Shown piece after piece: positions 1 to 7,200 of a stretch of DNA of 64,000 bases; the first letter of the stretch is position 1; the number at the start of each line of letters is the position of its first letter. Location: the NCBI GenBank assembly GCA_043757405.1, contig JAYVPI010000016.1, positions 143,623 through 207,622 on the forward strand, read 5' to 3'. A program made the position numbers and the translations under genes. A model generated the notes under the pieces. It had not been told where the DNA came from, did not search any database, and saw nothing but the letters and a program-made list of their open reading frames with translations. The stretch is from Alphaproteobacteria bacterium. GTDB taxonomy: Bacteria; Pseudomonadota; Alphaproteobacteria; Rickettsiales; 21-14-0-20-44-7.

Positions 1-539
1 TTGCCGAGAACGCGATGAACTGCGGCGACTAAATCCATCGTCGTGGCGAGCGGACGCGAGCTGACAATTTCTTTTGCAATTTTGCGCGAAAATTTTTCTT
101 CGCCGTATTTATAAATTACATCGGCGATAAATTTTTCATCTGCGGAATTCAAAAATTCGGCGGCGGTTTGGTCGCGGGAACTCATGCGCATATCAAGCGG
201 TCCGTCTTTCATAAACGAGAAACCGCGCTCGGCATTATCAATCTGCATCGACGAAACTCCGATATCGAAAACAATGCCGTCAACTTTTTCGGAAACTAAA
301 TTTTCCAGCTCCCCAAAATTTCCTTCGATGAATTGGAAATCACCAGAAATTTTTTCGGCATATGCTTTTACCGATGGATCCTGGTCAATTGCGATCACGC
401 GACATTTCGCCGCTGCCAAAATCGCGCGTGTATATCCGCCGCCGCCGAAAGTTGCATCTATATATGTCTCACCATCTTTGGGCGCGAGGTAGTGCAAAAC
501 TTCGTCAATCATCACCGGCTTATGCATCGAATTATTCAT
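1..539 (-). CDS. rsmH: 16S rRNA (cytosine1402-N4)-methyltransferase RsmH, N-terminal part; the 3' end runs off the left window edge
   Basis: Not in the ORF track because there is no stop in the window. My minus-strand translation from the ATG at 539 reads MNNSMHKPVMIDEVLHYLAPKDGETYIDATFGGGGYTRAIL..., the RsmH SAM-binding N-terminus. The start overlaps the mraZ stop (ATGAATAA), giving the canonical mraZ-rsmH order. Confidence 0.85.
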   Translation of the reverse strand, partial: MNNSMHKPVMIDEVLHYLAPKDGETYIDATFGGGGYTRAILAAAKCRVIAIDQDPSVKAYAEKISGDFQFIEGNFGELENLVSEKVDGIVFDIGVSSMQIDNAERGFSFMKDGPLDMRMSSRDQTAAEFLNSADEKFIADVIYKYGEEKFSRKIAKEIVSSRPLATTMDLVAAVHRVLG

Positions 540-990
540 TTTTGCCTCCGAGTCTCAGCTGCCCGCGTTTTTCCAAGGCCATTTTGCGGGCTTTTTCGGA
601 ATAAATTGTGAAGGCTTTTGGTTCCCAAATTTCAAAAGTTGGGCCTTTGCCCACGAAAACTACGTCTTCGTCAATTTTTGCTGCTGCGGTTAGTTCCGGC
701 GGCAAAGTGACACGGCCTTCGGAATCGAATTGCAGCTGGAATGAACCGCCGAGCACTGCCGTAGCAAACGCATCGCGCTCGTCGGAGAACGGGTCGAGGT
801 TGTCGATTCCATTGGATAATTTTTCGATCCGGCTCATGCTGGCCGCTTCGATACAGGAGTTGATGAAGGAGCTGTATACGACGATGCCGCCGAATGATTC
901 TTCGGTGAGGGAGGCACGGAACTGGGCTGGGACGGAGACTCTTCCCTTCTTGTCTATCTTCTTGGCAAAGGTTGATAGAAATAACGCCAT
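532..990 (-). CDS. mraZ: Transcriptional regulator MraZ
   Basis: ORF track 532..1017, trimmed to the internal ATG (MALFLSTFAKKIDKKGRVSVPAQFR...). It shows the duplicated SpoVT/AbrB-like MraZ pattern and sits directly upstream of rsmH. Confidence 0.9.
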   Translation of the reverse strand: MALFLSTFAKKIDKKGRVSVPAQFRASLTEESFGGIVVYSSFINSCIEAASMSRIEKLSNGIDNLDPFSDERDAFATAVLGGSFQLQFDSEGRVTLPPELTAAAKIDEDVVFVGKGPTFEIWEPKAFTIYSEKARKMALEKRGQLRLGGKNE

Positions 991-1060
991 ATACTTTCGA
1001 GTATCCTTTATTAACAAATAGATACCCGTTATCCTTAAAGCGAGTCTTTAAGAACTTATA

Positions 1061-1163
1061 TCCCAGAGAGTCTGGGAAAACTCTCTGGGAAAAGTTGGGA
1101 TAATATGGGTAACAATGGGAATATACGCTCATCGACTGGGCGCGTCAAGGGGTTTTTATGGGA
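1061..1163. promoter_or_regulatory. Putative MraZ operator: phased array of TGGG[A/T/C] boxes upstream of mraZ
   Basis: The + strand has boxes starting at 1073, 1086, 1096, 1106, 1116, 1137 and 1159, with spacings of 13, 10, 10, 10, 21 and 22 nt. The palindrome TCCCAGAGAGTCTGGGA lies at 1061-1077. The array is 70-175 nt upstream of the mraZ ATG and resembles the TGGGN direct-repeat operator known for E. coli MraZ. Confidence 0.45.
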
Positions 1164-1318
1164 ATTTTATATTTTTAGTTCGGATACATCTGATTTTCTT
1201 GGGCTTTTAATTCAAAATTAAGAAAAACCTGGCAGATTCCGCGGCTTTCAAAAGCCTGTGTCAAAAATGGCATAACATAGAAGAAATTAAAATATTCAAT
1301 TATATTGGAGAGTTAGTC

Positions 1319-1921
1319 TTATCGACGAGAGGTCTCGGGTTTGCCGAGAGAAGTTTCTATCCTAGTAAGTGTGGTTCTTGTTTTTTCGTGCAGAGACTGC
1401 ATCTCGGTCAGGGTTATACGGCCTCGTTCGCGTTCTTGTAGTATCAAGCCTAGATTTGTGTCTAATCTTTTATCAATTGTCCTAAGTACCCATGAATCTC
1501 CGCGAATTTGCCGTCTGGTGGCATCTTCTTGAATTTTGAAGTCTACAATTTCTTTCAATCGACTGCCTCTGGTAAGTAATGTTCTAGATAATTCGGAATC
1601 GGTTTCGCTTACTCGCGCAGAAACATAAAATTTTTCTTTGCGTTTTTGGGTGGGAGCTTGCCCCCGAGGATTATGAGTAAAGGTGCGAAGAGCAGCAAAT
1701 TGAATGCCGGTCATATTTGTTAGTGTTCTGGTTAAATCTTTAGCTATATGAAAATCTGAGAAACCCCTATCTATCTTAAAATGTAAGCCAACAGTATTTT
1801 TTGAAGAGCGAGAAGAGCCAGAATCTCCAATCTTTTCTCTGATGAGTTCGGCCTTAAAATACTCAATGCCCAGTTTGTTAAATTGGTCGCGAAGTTCTGT
1901 AAAATTATGCTGTTTAGCCAT
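1319..1921 (-). CDS. Hypothetical protein, Arg/Thr-rich, no family recognised
   Basis: ORF track 1319..1936, trimmed to the ATG at 1921 (MAKQHNFTELRDQFNKLGIEYF...). It is a long uninterrupted ORF, AT-richer by eye than the flanking mraZ and EamA genes. Confidence 0.55.
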   Translation of the reverse strand: MAKQHNFTELRDQFNKLGIEYFKAELIREKIGDSGSSRSSKNTVGLHFKIDRGFSDFHIAKDLTRTLTNMTGIQFAALRTFTHNPRGQAPTQKRKEKFYVSARVSETDSELSRTLLTRGSRLKEIVDFKIQEDATRRQIRGDSWVLRTIDKRLDTNLGLILQERERGRITLTEMQSLHEKTRTTLTRIETSLGKPETSRR

Positions 1922-1985
1922 AAGTATAAATAGCATTTCTATATTACACCCTTGTTACATAAGCTCAAAAACGCTATAAAAACAT

Positions 1986-2888
1986 ATGCCTAAATATTCA
2001 AAAGAAACCCTGGGGATTGCCTGGACGCTGGTGTTTTGTGTTAGTTTTCCGATACTTACAGCAATTGTCAGGCATTTGACAGATTTGGGGGTTGGGTCGG
2101 CGCAGTTGGTTTTTATCCGGAATATGGTGGCGATTGGTATCTTGGTTCCGTTTGTTTTCCTGCGCAAAGAAAAAATGGATTTGAAAATTCGCAACCGCTC
2201 GCTTTACTTCATGCGCATCATTTTCGGGCTGACTTCGATGACTTTGTGGTTTTATGGGTTGGGGCGGTTGCCGCTGGCAACGGCGACGGCGCTTAGTTTC
2301 TCGACGCCGATTTTTGCGGCGTTTGCGGCGGTGATATTTCTCAAAGAGAAAATGGGCGTGCGGAGGTGGGCTGCCGTTATTATTGGTTTCCTCGGCACAC
2401 TGATAATTTTGCGGCCGGGGATGGCGGAAGTTAGTTTGCCGGCACTTGCGGTTTTGGGTGGATGTTTTTTTATGTCGATTGCGTTAGTCATCGTCAAAAA
2501 ACTCACCAATACTGAAACGCCCTTCAACATGATGTTTCATATGCATTTATGGATGGGCGTGTTTTCGATTCCGCTTGCTTTCACTCATTGGCACCTGCTT
2601 AATATGAGCATGTTCATCTGGTCCGTGGCGCTGGCGGTTTGTTCCATCATCGGCCATTATTCCCTGGCGCGGGCATATATGCTGGTGGATGTGACGCTGA
2701 CTTTGCCGTTTGATTTCACGCGGTTGATTATCGCCAGCGTGATTGCTTATTTCGCATTCGGGGAAGTACCGGATGTTTATGCATATCTCGGTGCGGGAAT
2801 TATTACCGCCAGCGCCATATTTATCGCGCACCGGGAGGCGAAATTGCGGCGAATTTTGCGGGAGCGGACGGAAGTTGAGCAGATATAA
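1986..2888 (+). CDS. EamA/DMT-family transporter
   Basis: A 300-aa ORF with about ten hydrophobic helices and the duplicated EamA pattern (GLGRLPLATATALSFSTPIFAAF..., YSLARAYMLVDVTLTLPFDF). Confidence 0.8.
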   Translation: MPKYSKETLGIAWTLVFCVSFPILTAIVRHLTDLGVGSAQLVFIRNMVAIGILVPFVFLRKEKMDLKIRNRSLYFMRIIFGLTSMTLWFYGLGRLPLATATALSFSTPIFAAFAAVIFLKEKMGVRRWAAVIIGFLGTLIILRPGMAEVSLPALAVLGGCFFMSIALVIVKKLTNTETPFNMMFHMHLWMGVFSIPLAFTHWHLLNMSMFIWSVALAVCSIIGHYSLARAYMLVDVTLTLPFDFTRLIIASVIAYFAFGEVPDVYAYLGAGIITASAIFIAHREAKLRRILRERTEVEQI

Positions 2889-3020
2889 TTAATTGCCGTC
2901 GCGGCGCGATCTTATCCAGTCGAAGATCAGCATGATCAGGATGGCGAACAAGCTGCCTGCTAAAAAGCCGAAGGCGAAGACGCGGAAGGAGGAGACCGGG
3001 TCGGCGGCTAAATTTTCCAT
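2889..3020 (-). CDS. Possible 43-aa single-pass membrane peptide downstream of ctaB
   Basis: Below the ORF-track cutoff. Hand translation gives MENLAADPVSSFRVFAFGFLAGSLFAILIMLIFDWIRSRRDGN, with one clear TM helix. The ATG at 3020 overlaps the ctaB 3' end (stop at 3008-3010). No family recognised. Confidence 0.3.
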   Translation of the reverse strand: MENLAADPVSSFRVFAFGFLAGSLFAILIMLIFDWIRSRRDGN

Positions 3021-3910
3021 AACAGGAATTTATCAGCTACCAGTGAGCCATAAAGCAAAAACAGGTATGATATTGAATAAAGAAAGGTTTTTTTGGCCTC
3101 TGTATTAGTTTTGTATCGGTAGAGGCGCAATGATTTCCAGATGAAAATTGCGTTTAATATGACAGCGGAGACTGCGTAGACATAGCCGGAATAGCCAAGG
3201 ATAACCGGCGTGGCGCAGAAGGCGGCTAGGATGAAAGTATAGACCAGGACGTTGAGGCGGGTGAATTCTTCGCCCTTGACTACCGGGAGCATTGGGACTT
3301 TGGCGTTTTTGTATTCGTCTTTGATTAATAGTGACAGGGCCCAGAAATGTGGTGGGGTCCAGAGGAAGATTATGGCGAATAAAATTATTGGCATTGTGGT
3401 GACATCGCCGGTGACGGCGGCCCAGCCGATCATGGGCGGGAAGGAACCGGCAGCACCGCCGATTACGATATTTTGTGGCGTGGAGCGTTTTAGCCAGATT
3501 GTGTAGATGAAAACATAAAATAATATTGCGGCGGTGAGAACCACAGCCGCGACAGGGTTGGTGGCGAGGCCCATGATGACGACAGAGGCGATGGCCATGG
3601 CGATGCCGAAGCCTAGCGCCTCGTCAGGATTGACGCGGCCACCGGGGATAGGGCGGTTTTGCGTGCGTTTCATCACGGCGTCGATATCGCGGTCATACCA
3701 CATATTGATAGCGCCGGAAGCGCCGGAGCCGAGGGCAATGCAGAGGATGGCGATTAATGCGATGATTGGGTGGATATGGCCGGGAGCGAGGAGAAGGCCG
3801 CAACCGCCGGTGAAAACGACCAGCGACATTACGCGGGGTTTGAGCAGCGAGTAGTAATCCCGGACTGTGGATTCAGAAGTTTGGGCGGGGATTAAACTAG
3901 CGAAGCTCAT
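3008..3910 (-). CDS. ctaB: Protoheme IX farnesyltransferase (heme O synthase)
   Basis: A 300-aa UbiA-fold ORF: DYYSLLKPRVMSLVVFT..., NMWYDRDIDAVMKRTQNRP, WTPPHFWALS. Confidence 0.9.
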   Translation of the reverse strand: MSFASLIPAQTSESTVRDYYSLLKPRVMSLVVFTGGCGLLLAPGHIHPIIALIAILCIALGSGASGAINMWYDRDIDAVMKRTQNRPIPGGRVNPDEALGFGIAMAIASVVIMGLATNPVAAVVLTAAILFYVFIYTIWLKRSTPQNIVIGGAAGSFPPMIGWAAVTGDVTTMPIILFAIIFLWTPPHFWALSLLIKDEYKNAKVPMLPVVKGEEFTRLNVLVYTFILAAFCATPVILGYSGYVYAVSAVILNAIFIWKSLRLYRYKTNTEAKKTFLYSISYLFLLYGSLVADKFLLWKI

Positions 3911-3920
3911 AATTTATACT

Positions 3921-4009
3921 CCGTCATCCTGAGCAACGCGAAGGATCTTTCGCTTGCGCCGTCAAGTTTTGAGTATGCGAAAGATCCTTCGCGTTGCTCA
4001 GGATGACGG
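3921..4009. repeat. MITE-like palindromic element, CGTCAT-terminus family
   Basis: Perfect 33-bp inverted repeat, verified base by base: CCGTCATCCTGAGCAACGCGAAGGATCTTTCGC (3921-3953) pairs with GCGAAAGATCCTTCGCGTTGCTCAGGATGACGG (3977-4009). The loop is 23 nt. It lies between sspB and ctaB. Confidence 0.85.
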
Positions 4010-4034
4010 CTAGATTGAGTGTTTGGGGCGAAAA

Positions 4035-4574
4035 TCATTTCTTGCGGAAGCTGTCGATGGAGATGATTTTGGAGGAAGGGTCGGCTTTCTTCTCACCTTT
4101 TTTTGGTTTTTTGCCGCTGTTGGTGTTGGCATTGGCTTCGTCATCGAGGTTCAATAGGCTTTGCAAGATTTCTTCATCGATTTCTTCATCGCCGTCTTCT
4201 GGCGAGATTAATTCATCGTCGTTGTTGAATTGGAGGCCGAAGCGGGCTGATGGGTCGGCGAAGGAAATCAATGCGTCATATGGGATTTCCAGTTTTTCGC
4301 GGACGCCGTTGAAGCTGAGGACGATGCTGAATTTTTCGTCCTGGACATCCAAATCCCAAAACTGGTGCTGCATGACGATAGTCATTTGGTCATTATGCAT
4401 TTTGGACAGGTTTTTGGAGATTTTGACGCCAGCGAAGTTGATGTCAAAAGTGATATAGAAATGATGGTTACCAGGCAGTTTTCCGCCTTTTTTCTCCACG
4501 AATTTCAGGCACTTTTTGACAATGCCGCGCATCGATTGATCGATGATTTTGTTGTAATCTAAGAATTGAGCCAT
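4035..4574 (-). CDS. sspB: ClpXP adaptor SspB (alphaproteobacterial type)
   Basis: HHFYITFDINFAGVKIS..., MTIVMQHQFWDLDV and FSIVLSFNGVREKLEIPYDALISFADPS match the SspB fold signature. An acidic linker and a C-terminal IISIDSFRKK ClpX-binding-like tail follow. Confidence 0.8.
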   Translation of the reverse strand: MAQFLDYNKIIDQSMRGIVKKCLKFVEKKGGKLPGNHHFYITFDINFAGVKISKNLSKMHNDQMTIVMQHQFWDLDVQDEKFSIVLSFNGVREKLEIPYDALISFADPSARFGLQFNNDDELISPEDGDEEIDEEILQSLLNLDDEANANTNSGKKPKKGEKKADPSSKIISIDSFRKK

Positions 4575-4597
4575 ATGCGAAAATACTGCATTACTTC

Positions 4598-4742
4598 GAA
4601 CATCCCGTCAATTACTAACTATGATGGCCTGCAAATATTAGTTTTGCTGCGCTCCGGTGCTCACGTATGAAAAATACGCTCCGCTCCAGTGCTCGCAAAA
4701 CTAATATTTTCGGCTCATCCTAGCGTAATTTACGGGATGTTC
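4598..4742. repeat. Palindromic repeat, family 2 (CTGCGCT..TGCTCACGTA core), copy 1
   Basis: Outer inverted arms are GAACATCCCGTCAATTAC and GTAATTTACGGGATGTTC; inner arms are AAATATTAGTTTTGC and GCAAAACTAATATTT. The core TGCGCTCCGGTGCTCACGTA...TACGCTCCGCTCCAGTGCTCG recurs at 19021-19150. Confidence 0.8.
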
Positions 4743-4842
4743 TTGAAATTAGATTCAATATTTATTCAATACCCATGCATGATTAAGCCTTTTTTAATCA
4801 TTCCTTAAGTGCCCGCGTGGTAAATTGGGATTGGGAGATAAT

Positions 4843-5037
4843 ATGGGTAATAGCGAGGATCGTGAGCTGCATAAGCACCCTGATTTGGCGACGCGGGAGC
4901 GTCACTTGAGTGAGCTGATTAATACTTTAAGATCGGCGGGAGTGGTGAGTAAAGATAGCTATCATGCAGGTTATACTTCATATAACCCAAGCTCACATTT
5001 CGCGCCCGGAAAGGGCGGCGGGCTTATCCTCGGTTAA
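4843..5037 (+). CDS. Hypothetical small protein (64 aa)
   Basis: The ORF track starts at a TTG (4825). An ATG at 4843 is preceded by GGGAGA at a suitable SD distance (MGNSEDRELHKHPDLATRERHLSELINTLR...). No family recognised. The ORF is sandwiched between two repeat elements. Confidence 0.35.
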   Translation: MGNSEDRELHKHPDLATRERHLSELINTLRSAGVVSKDSYHAGYTSYNPSSHFAPGKGGGLILG

Positions 5038-5047
5038 GTATCTGTTG

Positions 5048-5277
5048 CCGTCATAGTGAGCGCAGTGCGCATTGTTGTATGTTTAAGATTCCGTAACAGA
5101 AATAAGACTGTCATCCTCGAACCGAAGGTTCGGGGATCCAGGGCTACAGCCACCGGCGGAGTGTTTGATCCTGGATCCCCGCCCAAGCGGGCGAGGATGA
5201 CGGTGTCTGTTATTGGTAATCAAATATCAATAACTTACCGAGCCATGCAACAATGCCTACTATGCTCGCAATGACGG
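5048..5277. repeat. Composite/nested palindromic element of the CGTCAT family
   Basis: The outer termini CCGTCATAGTGAGCGCAGTGCGCATTGTTGTATG (5048-) and CATGCAACAATGCCTACTATGCTCGCAATGACGG (-5277) match at 27/34 positions as inverted repeats by hand alignment. The inner element at 5108-5203 reads CTGTCATCCTCG...GGGGATCCAGG...CCTGGATCCCC...CGAGGATGACGG. The composite abuts the thrB stop codon. Confidence 0.8.
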
Positions 5278-6201
5278 TTATTGGAGGTTTAAGGATTTTA
5301 GTTTTTCAACATATTCCATTGGGTTTTTTCGCTTTACCTGGGCGCCGGCTGGGGTGTTGAACCAGTCATAAGTTCTGGTCAGCAAAAAGCGCAAGGCGGC
5401 GCCGCGTAATAATATTGGCAGGGCGGATTTTTCTTCCGGCTCCAGAGGGCGGATGGCTTCATAGCTATTTAAGAAAATATTTTGCTGTGCTGGGTTATTA
5501 TGGATATTCCAGGCATTGAAAACTATGGCGATGTCATAGGCGAAATAATCAGTACAGGCGAAATAGAAATCGATGATGCCGGTGATTTTTTCACCTTCAA
5601 AAAATACGTTGTCAGGGAAGATGTCGGTGTGGACGATGCCTCCAGGTAAACCGAAAGGCCAGTTAGCGGCGAGGAAGTAGATTTCATCGGCAATGGTTTG
5701 GGTGAGGCCGGGGGAGATTTCATCGGCGCATGGGCCGATTTGTTCCAGGAGTTTGGTCCATTTGCTCAAACCGAAATCGTTTTTGCGGGACAGATGCAAA
5801 TCACCAACGGCCAAATGCATTCGTGCGACTTGTGAGCCTAGTTCGCTTAAATGGTAATCTTCGATTTTGGTTACGCCTTTGCCATTCAGGAATGAGATCA
5901 GGCAGGCTTTTTTGCCGTTCAGGTTTTGGATTTGCACGCCGCTTTTATCTTTCAATGTTACCGGGCAATTGATGCCCTTGTTGCGCAGATGGTCGGTGAG
6001 GGCGATGAAGAAGGGGAGGTCTTTTGTATCTACATATGTCTCATATATAGTCTGGATGAATTTGCCCTTGCTGGCTTCAATGAGGTAATTTGTGTTCTGA
6101 ATGCCTTCTTCAATGCCGGAAAAGTTTTTCAAATCCCCGATATCATAGCGGGCGACAAATTCTTCTACATCTTTCCGGTTTAATTTTGTATAAACTGCCA
6201 T
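5278..6201 (-). CDS. thrB: Homoserine kinase, type II (APH/protein-kinase fold)
   Basis: ORF track 5278..6210, trimmed to MAVYTKLNRKDVEEFVARYDIGDL..., the typical ThrB-II N-terminus. The kinase motifs GIVHTDIFPDNVFF and GIIDFYFA are present. Confidence 0.85.
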   Translation of the reverse strand: MAVYTKLNRKDVEEFVARYDIGDLKNFSGIEEGIQNTNYLIEASKGKFIQTIYETYVDTKDLPFFIALTDHLRNKGINCPVTLKDKSGVQIQNLNGKKACLISFLNGKGVTKIEDYHLSELGSQVARMHLAVGDLHLSRKNDFGLSKWTKLLEQIGPCADEISPGLTQTIADEIYFLAANWPFGLPGGIVHTDIFPDNVFFEGEKITGIIDFYFACTDYFAYDIAIVFNAWNIHNNPAQQNIFLNSYEAIRPLEPEEKSALPILLRGAALRFLLTRTYDWFNTPAGAQVKRKNPMEYVEKLKSLNLQ

Positions 6202-6216
6202 CTGAGGCATATTGAT

Positions 6217-6465
6217 ATGGAATTACCGCGTATTTGTCAAAGATCACCTTATGCAAAGGAGTTGCAGCCCGGTGTTCAATATTCATGGTGCACTTGCGGG
6301 CTTTCAAAAGAAGACCCGTTTTGCGATGGCAGCCATAAGAACCCGGAGCCGACGGGATTTAAGTCCCTGAAATTCTTTGTTAGTGAGGCTGCAAGCTATG
6401 AATTATGTGGGTGTAAGCGCACTCAAAATGCCCCCTATTGTGATGGTAGCCACTGCAGCTTATAA
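6217..6465 (+). CDS. CDGSH iron-sulfur domain protein
   Basis: Two CDGSH-type motifs are present: CTCGLSKEDPFCDGSH and CGCKRTQNAPYCDGSH. Confidence 0.85.
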   Translation: MELPRICQRSPYAKELQPGVQYSWCTCGLSKEDPFCDGSHKNPEPTGFKSLKFFVSEAASYELCGCKRTQNAPYCDGSHCSL

Positions 6466-6655
6466 TTTGCGCTCAAGCGCCGCGCAAGAGAGCTTCCCGG
6501 CCTCAAGAATTAGAATTATGGCCTTGCCCTCCCGATGGTCGCGATACAGAGACTGGTTTAAGAAAAGTGATGCTATGGAATCCGAGCGCCGCGAAGGCAA
6601 GCTCATTGAGGGCGAGAAGCTTGAGCGAAGCGATGCGCGGCGCTTGAGCGCAATT
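6464..6655. repeat. Long palindromic repeat, family 3 (AATTTGCGCTCAAGCGCCGCGC termini), full-length copy
   Basis: The termini AATTTGCGCTCAAGCGCCGCGCA and TGCGCGGCGCTTGAGCGCAATT are inverted repeats, with further internal complementary blocks. Half-length relatives lie at 7106-7175 and 58288-58379. Confidence 0.8.
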
Positions 6656-6723
6656 AATAAAGATTTTACTTTACAGGCGTAAAATTTCCCCTTAAAGGCA
6701 CGATATAAATAGGGACATTAAAA

Positions 6724-7101
6724 ATGGGAATCGGCACTAAAAGAATTTGTCAGGCATGCGCGGCGAAATTTTATGACCTGGAGAAAGATCCGATAAAATG
6801 CCCGAAATGCGCAACAGTATTTAATCCTGAAAGCATTGCCAAACCAAAACGCGGCCGCAAAAAAGCCGGTGCGAAAGAACAGCCTGAGGAAGAAATTGAA
6901 ATTGTGTTGGATGACGAGGTCATTGAAGAATTGGATGACGAAGCGGCAGTTGAAGAACTGGATGACGAAATCCGCGATGAGATGGAACCGGAAGACAGTC
7001 CTGAGCGCCATAAGGGCGAGGATAAGGTTTTGGTGGATCTGGAAGAAGATAACAGTGACATCATCGAATCGGATGATGGGCATATTTCAGATAAGGAATA
7101 G
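6724..7101 (+). CDS. TIGR02300-family zinc-ribbon protein (FYDLN_acid)
   Basis: The N-terminus GTKRICQACAAKFYDLEKDPIKCPKCATVF is followed by a long acidic tail, which is diagnostic of this alphaproteobacterial family. Confidence 0.85.
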   Translation: MGIGTKRICQACAAKFYDLEKDPIKCPKCATVFNPESIAKPKRGRKKAGAKEQPEEEIEIVLDDEVIEELDDEAAVEELDDEIRDEMEPEDSPERHKGEDKVLVDLEEDNSDIIESDDGHISDKE

Positions 7102-7105
7102 TTTT

Positions 7106-7175
7106 AATTTGCGCTCAAGCGCCGCGCATTTTCGCTATGCTCAAGCTGTCGCCCTCAATGGGCTCGCTCGGTCGG
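7106..7175. repeat. Family 3 repeat, half element
   Basis: AATTTGCGCTCAAGCGCCGCGCATTTTCGCTATGCTCAAGCTGTCGCCCTCAATGGGC aligns with the reverse complement of the right half of the 6464-6655 element. Confidence 0.7.
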
Positions 7176-7200
7176 GTCTAGTGCCCTTCCTCGGATGGTG

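Noticed and set aside
5056-5274. A 72-aa ORF in the thrB-downstream region, and similarly the 101-aa ORF at 6377-6682.
   Set aside because: Both lie wholly within palindromic repeat elements. Palindromes generate symmetric stop-free stretches, so no coding signal is independent of the repeat.
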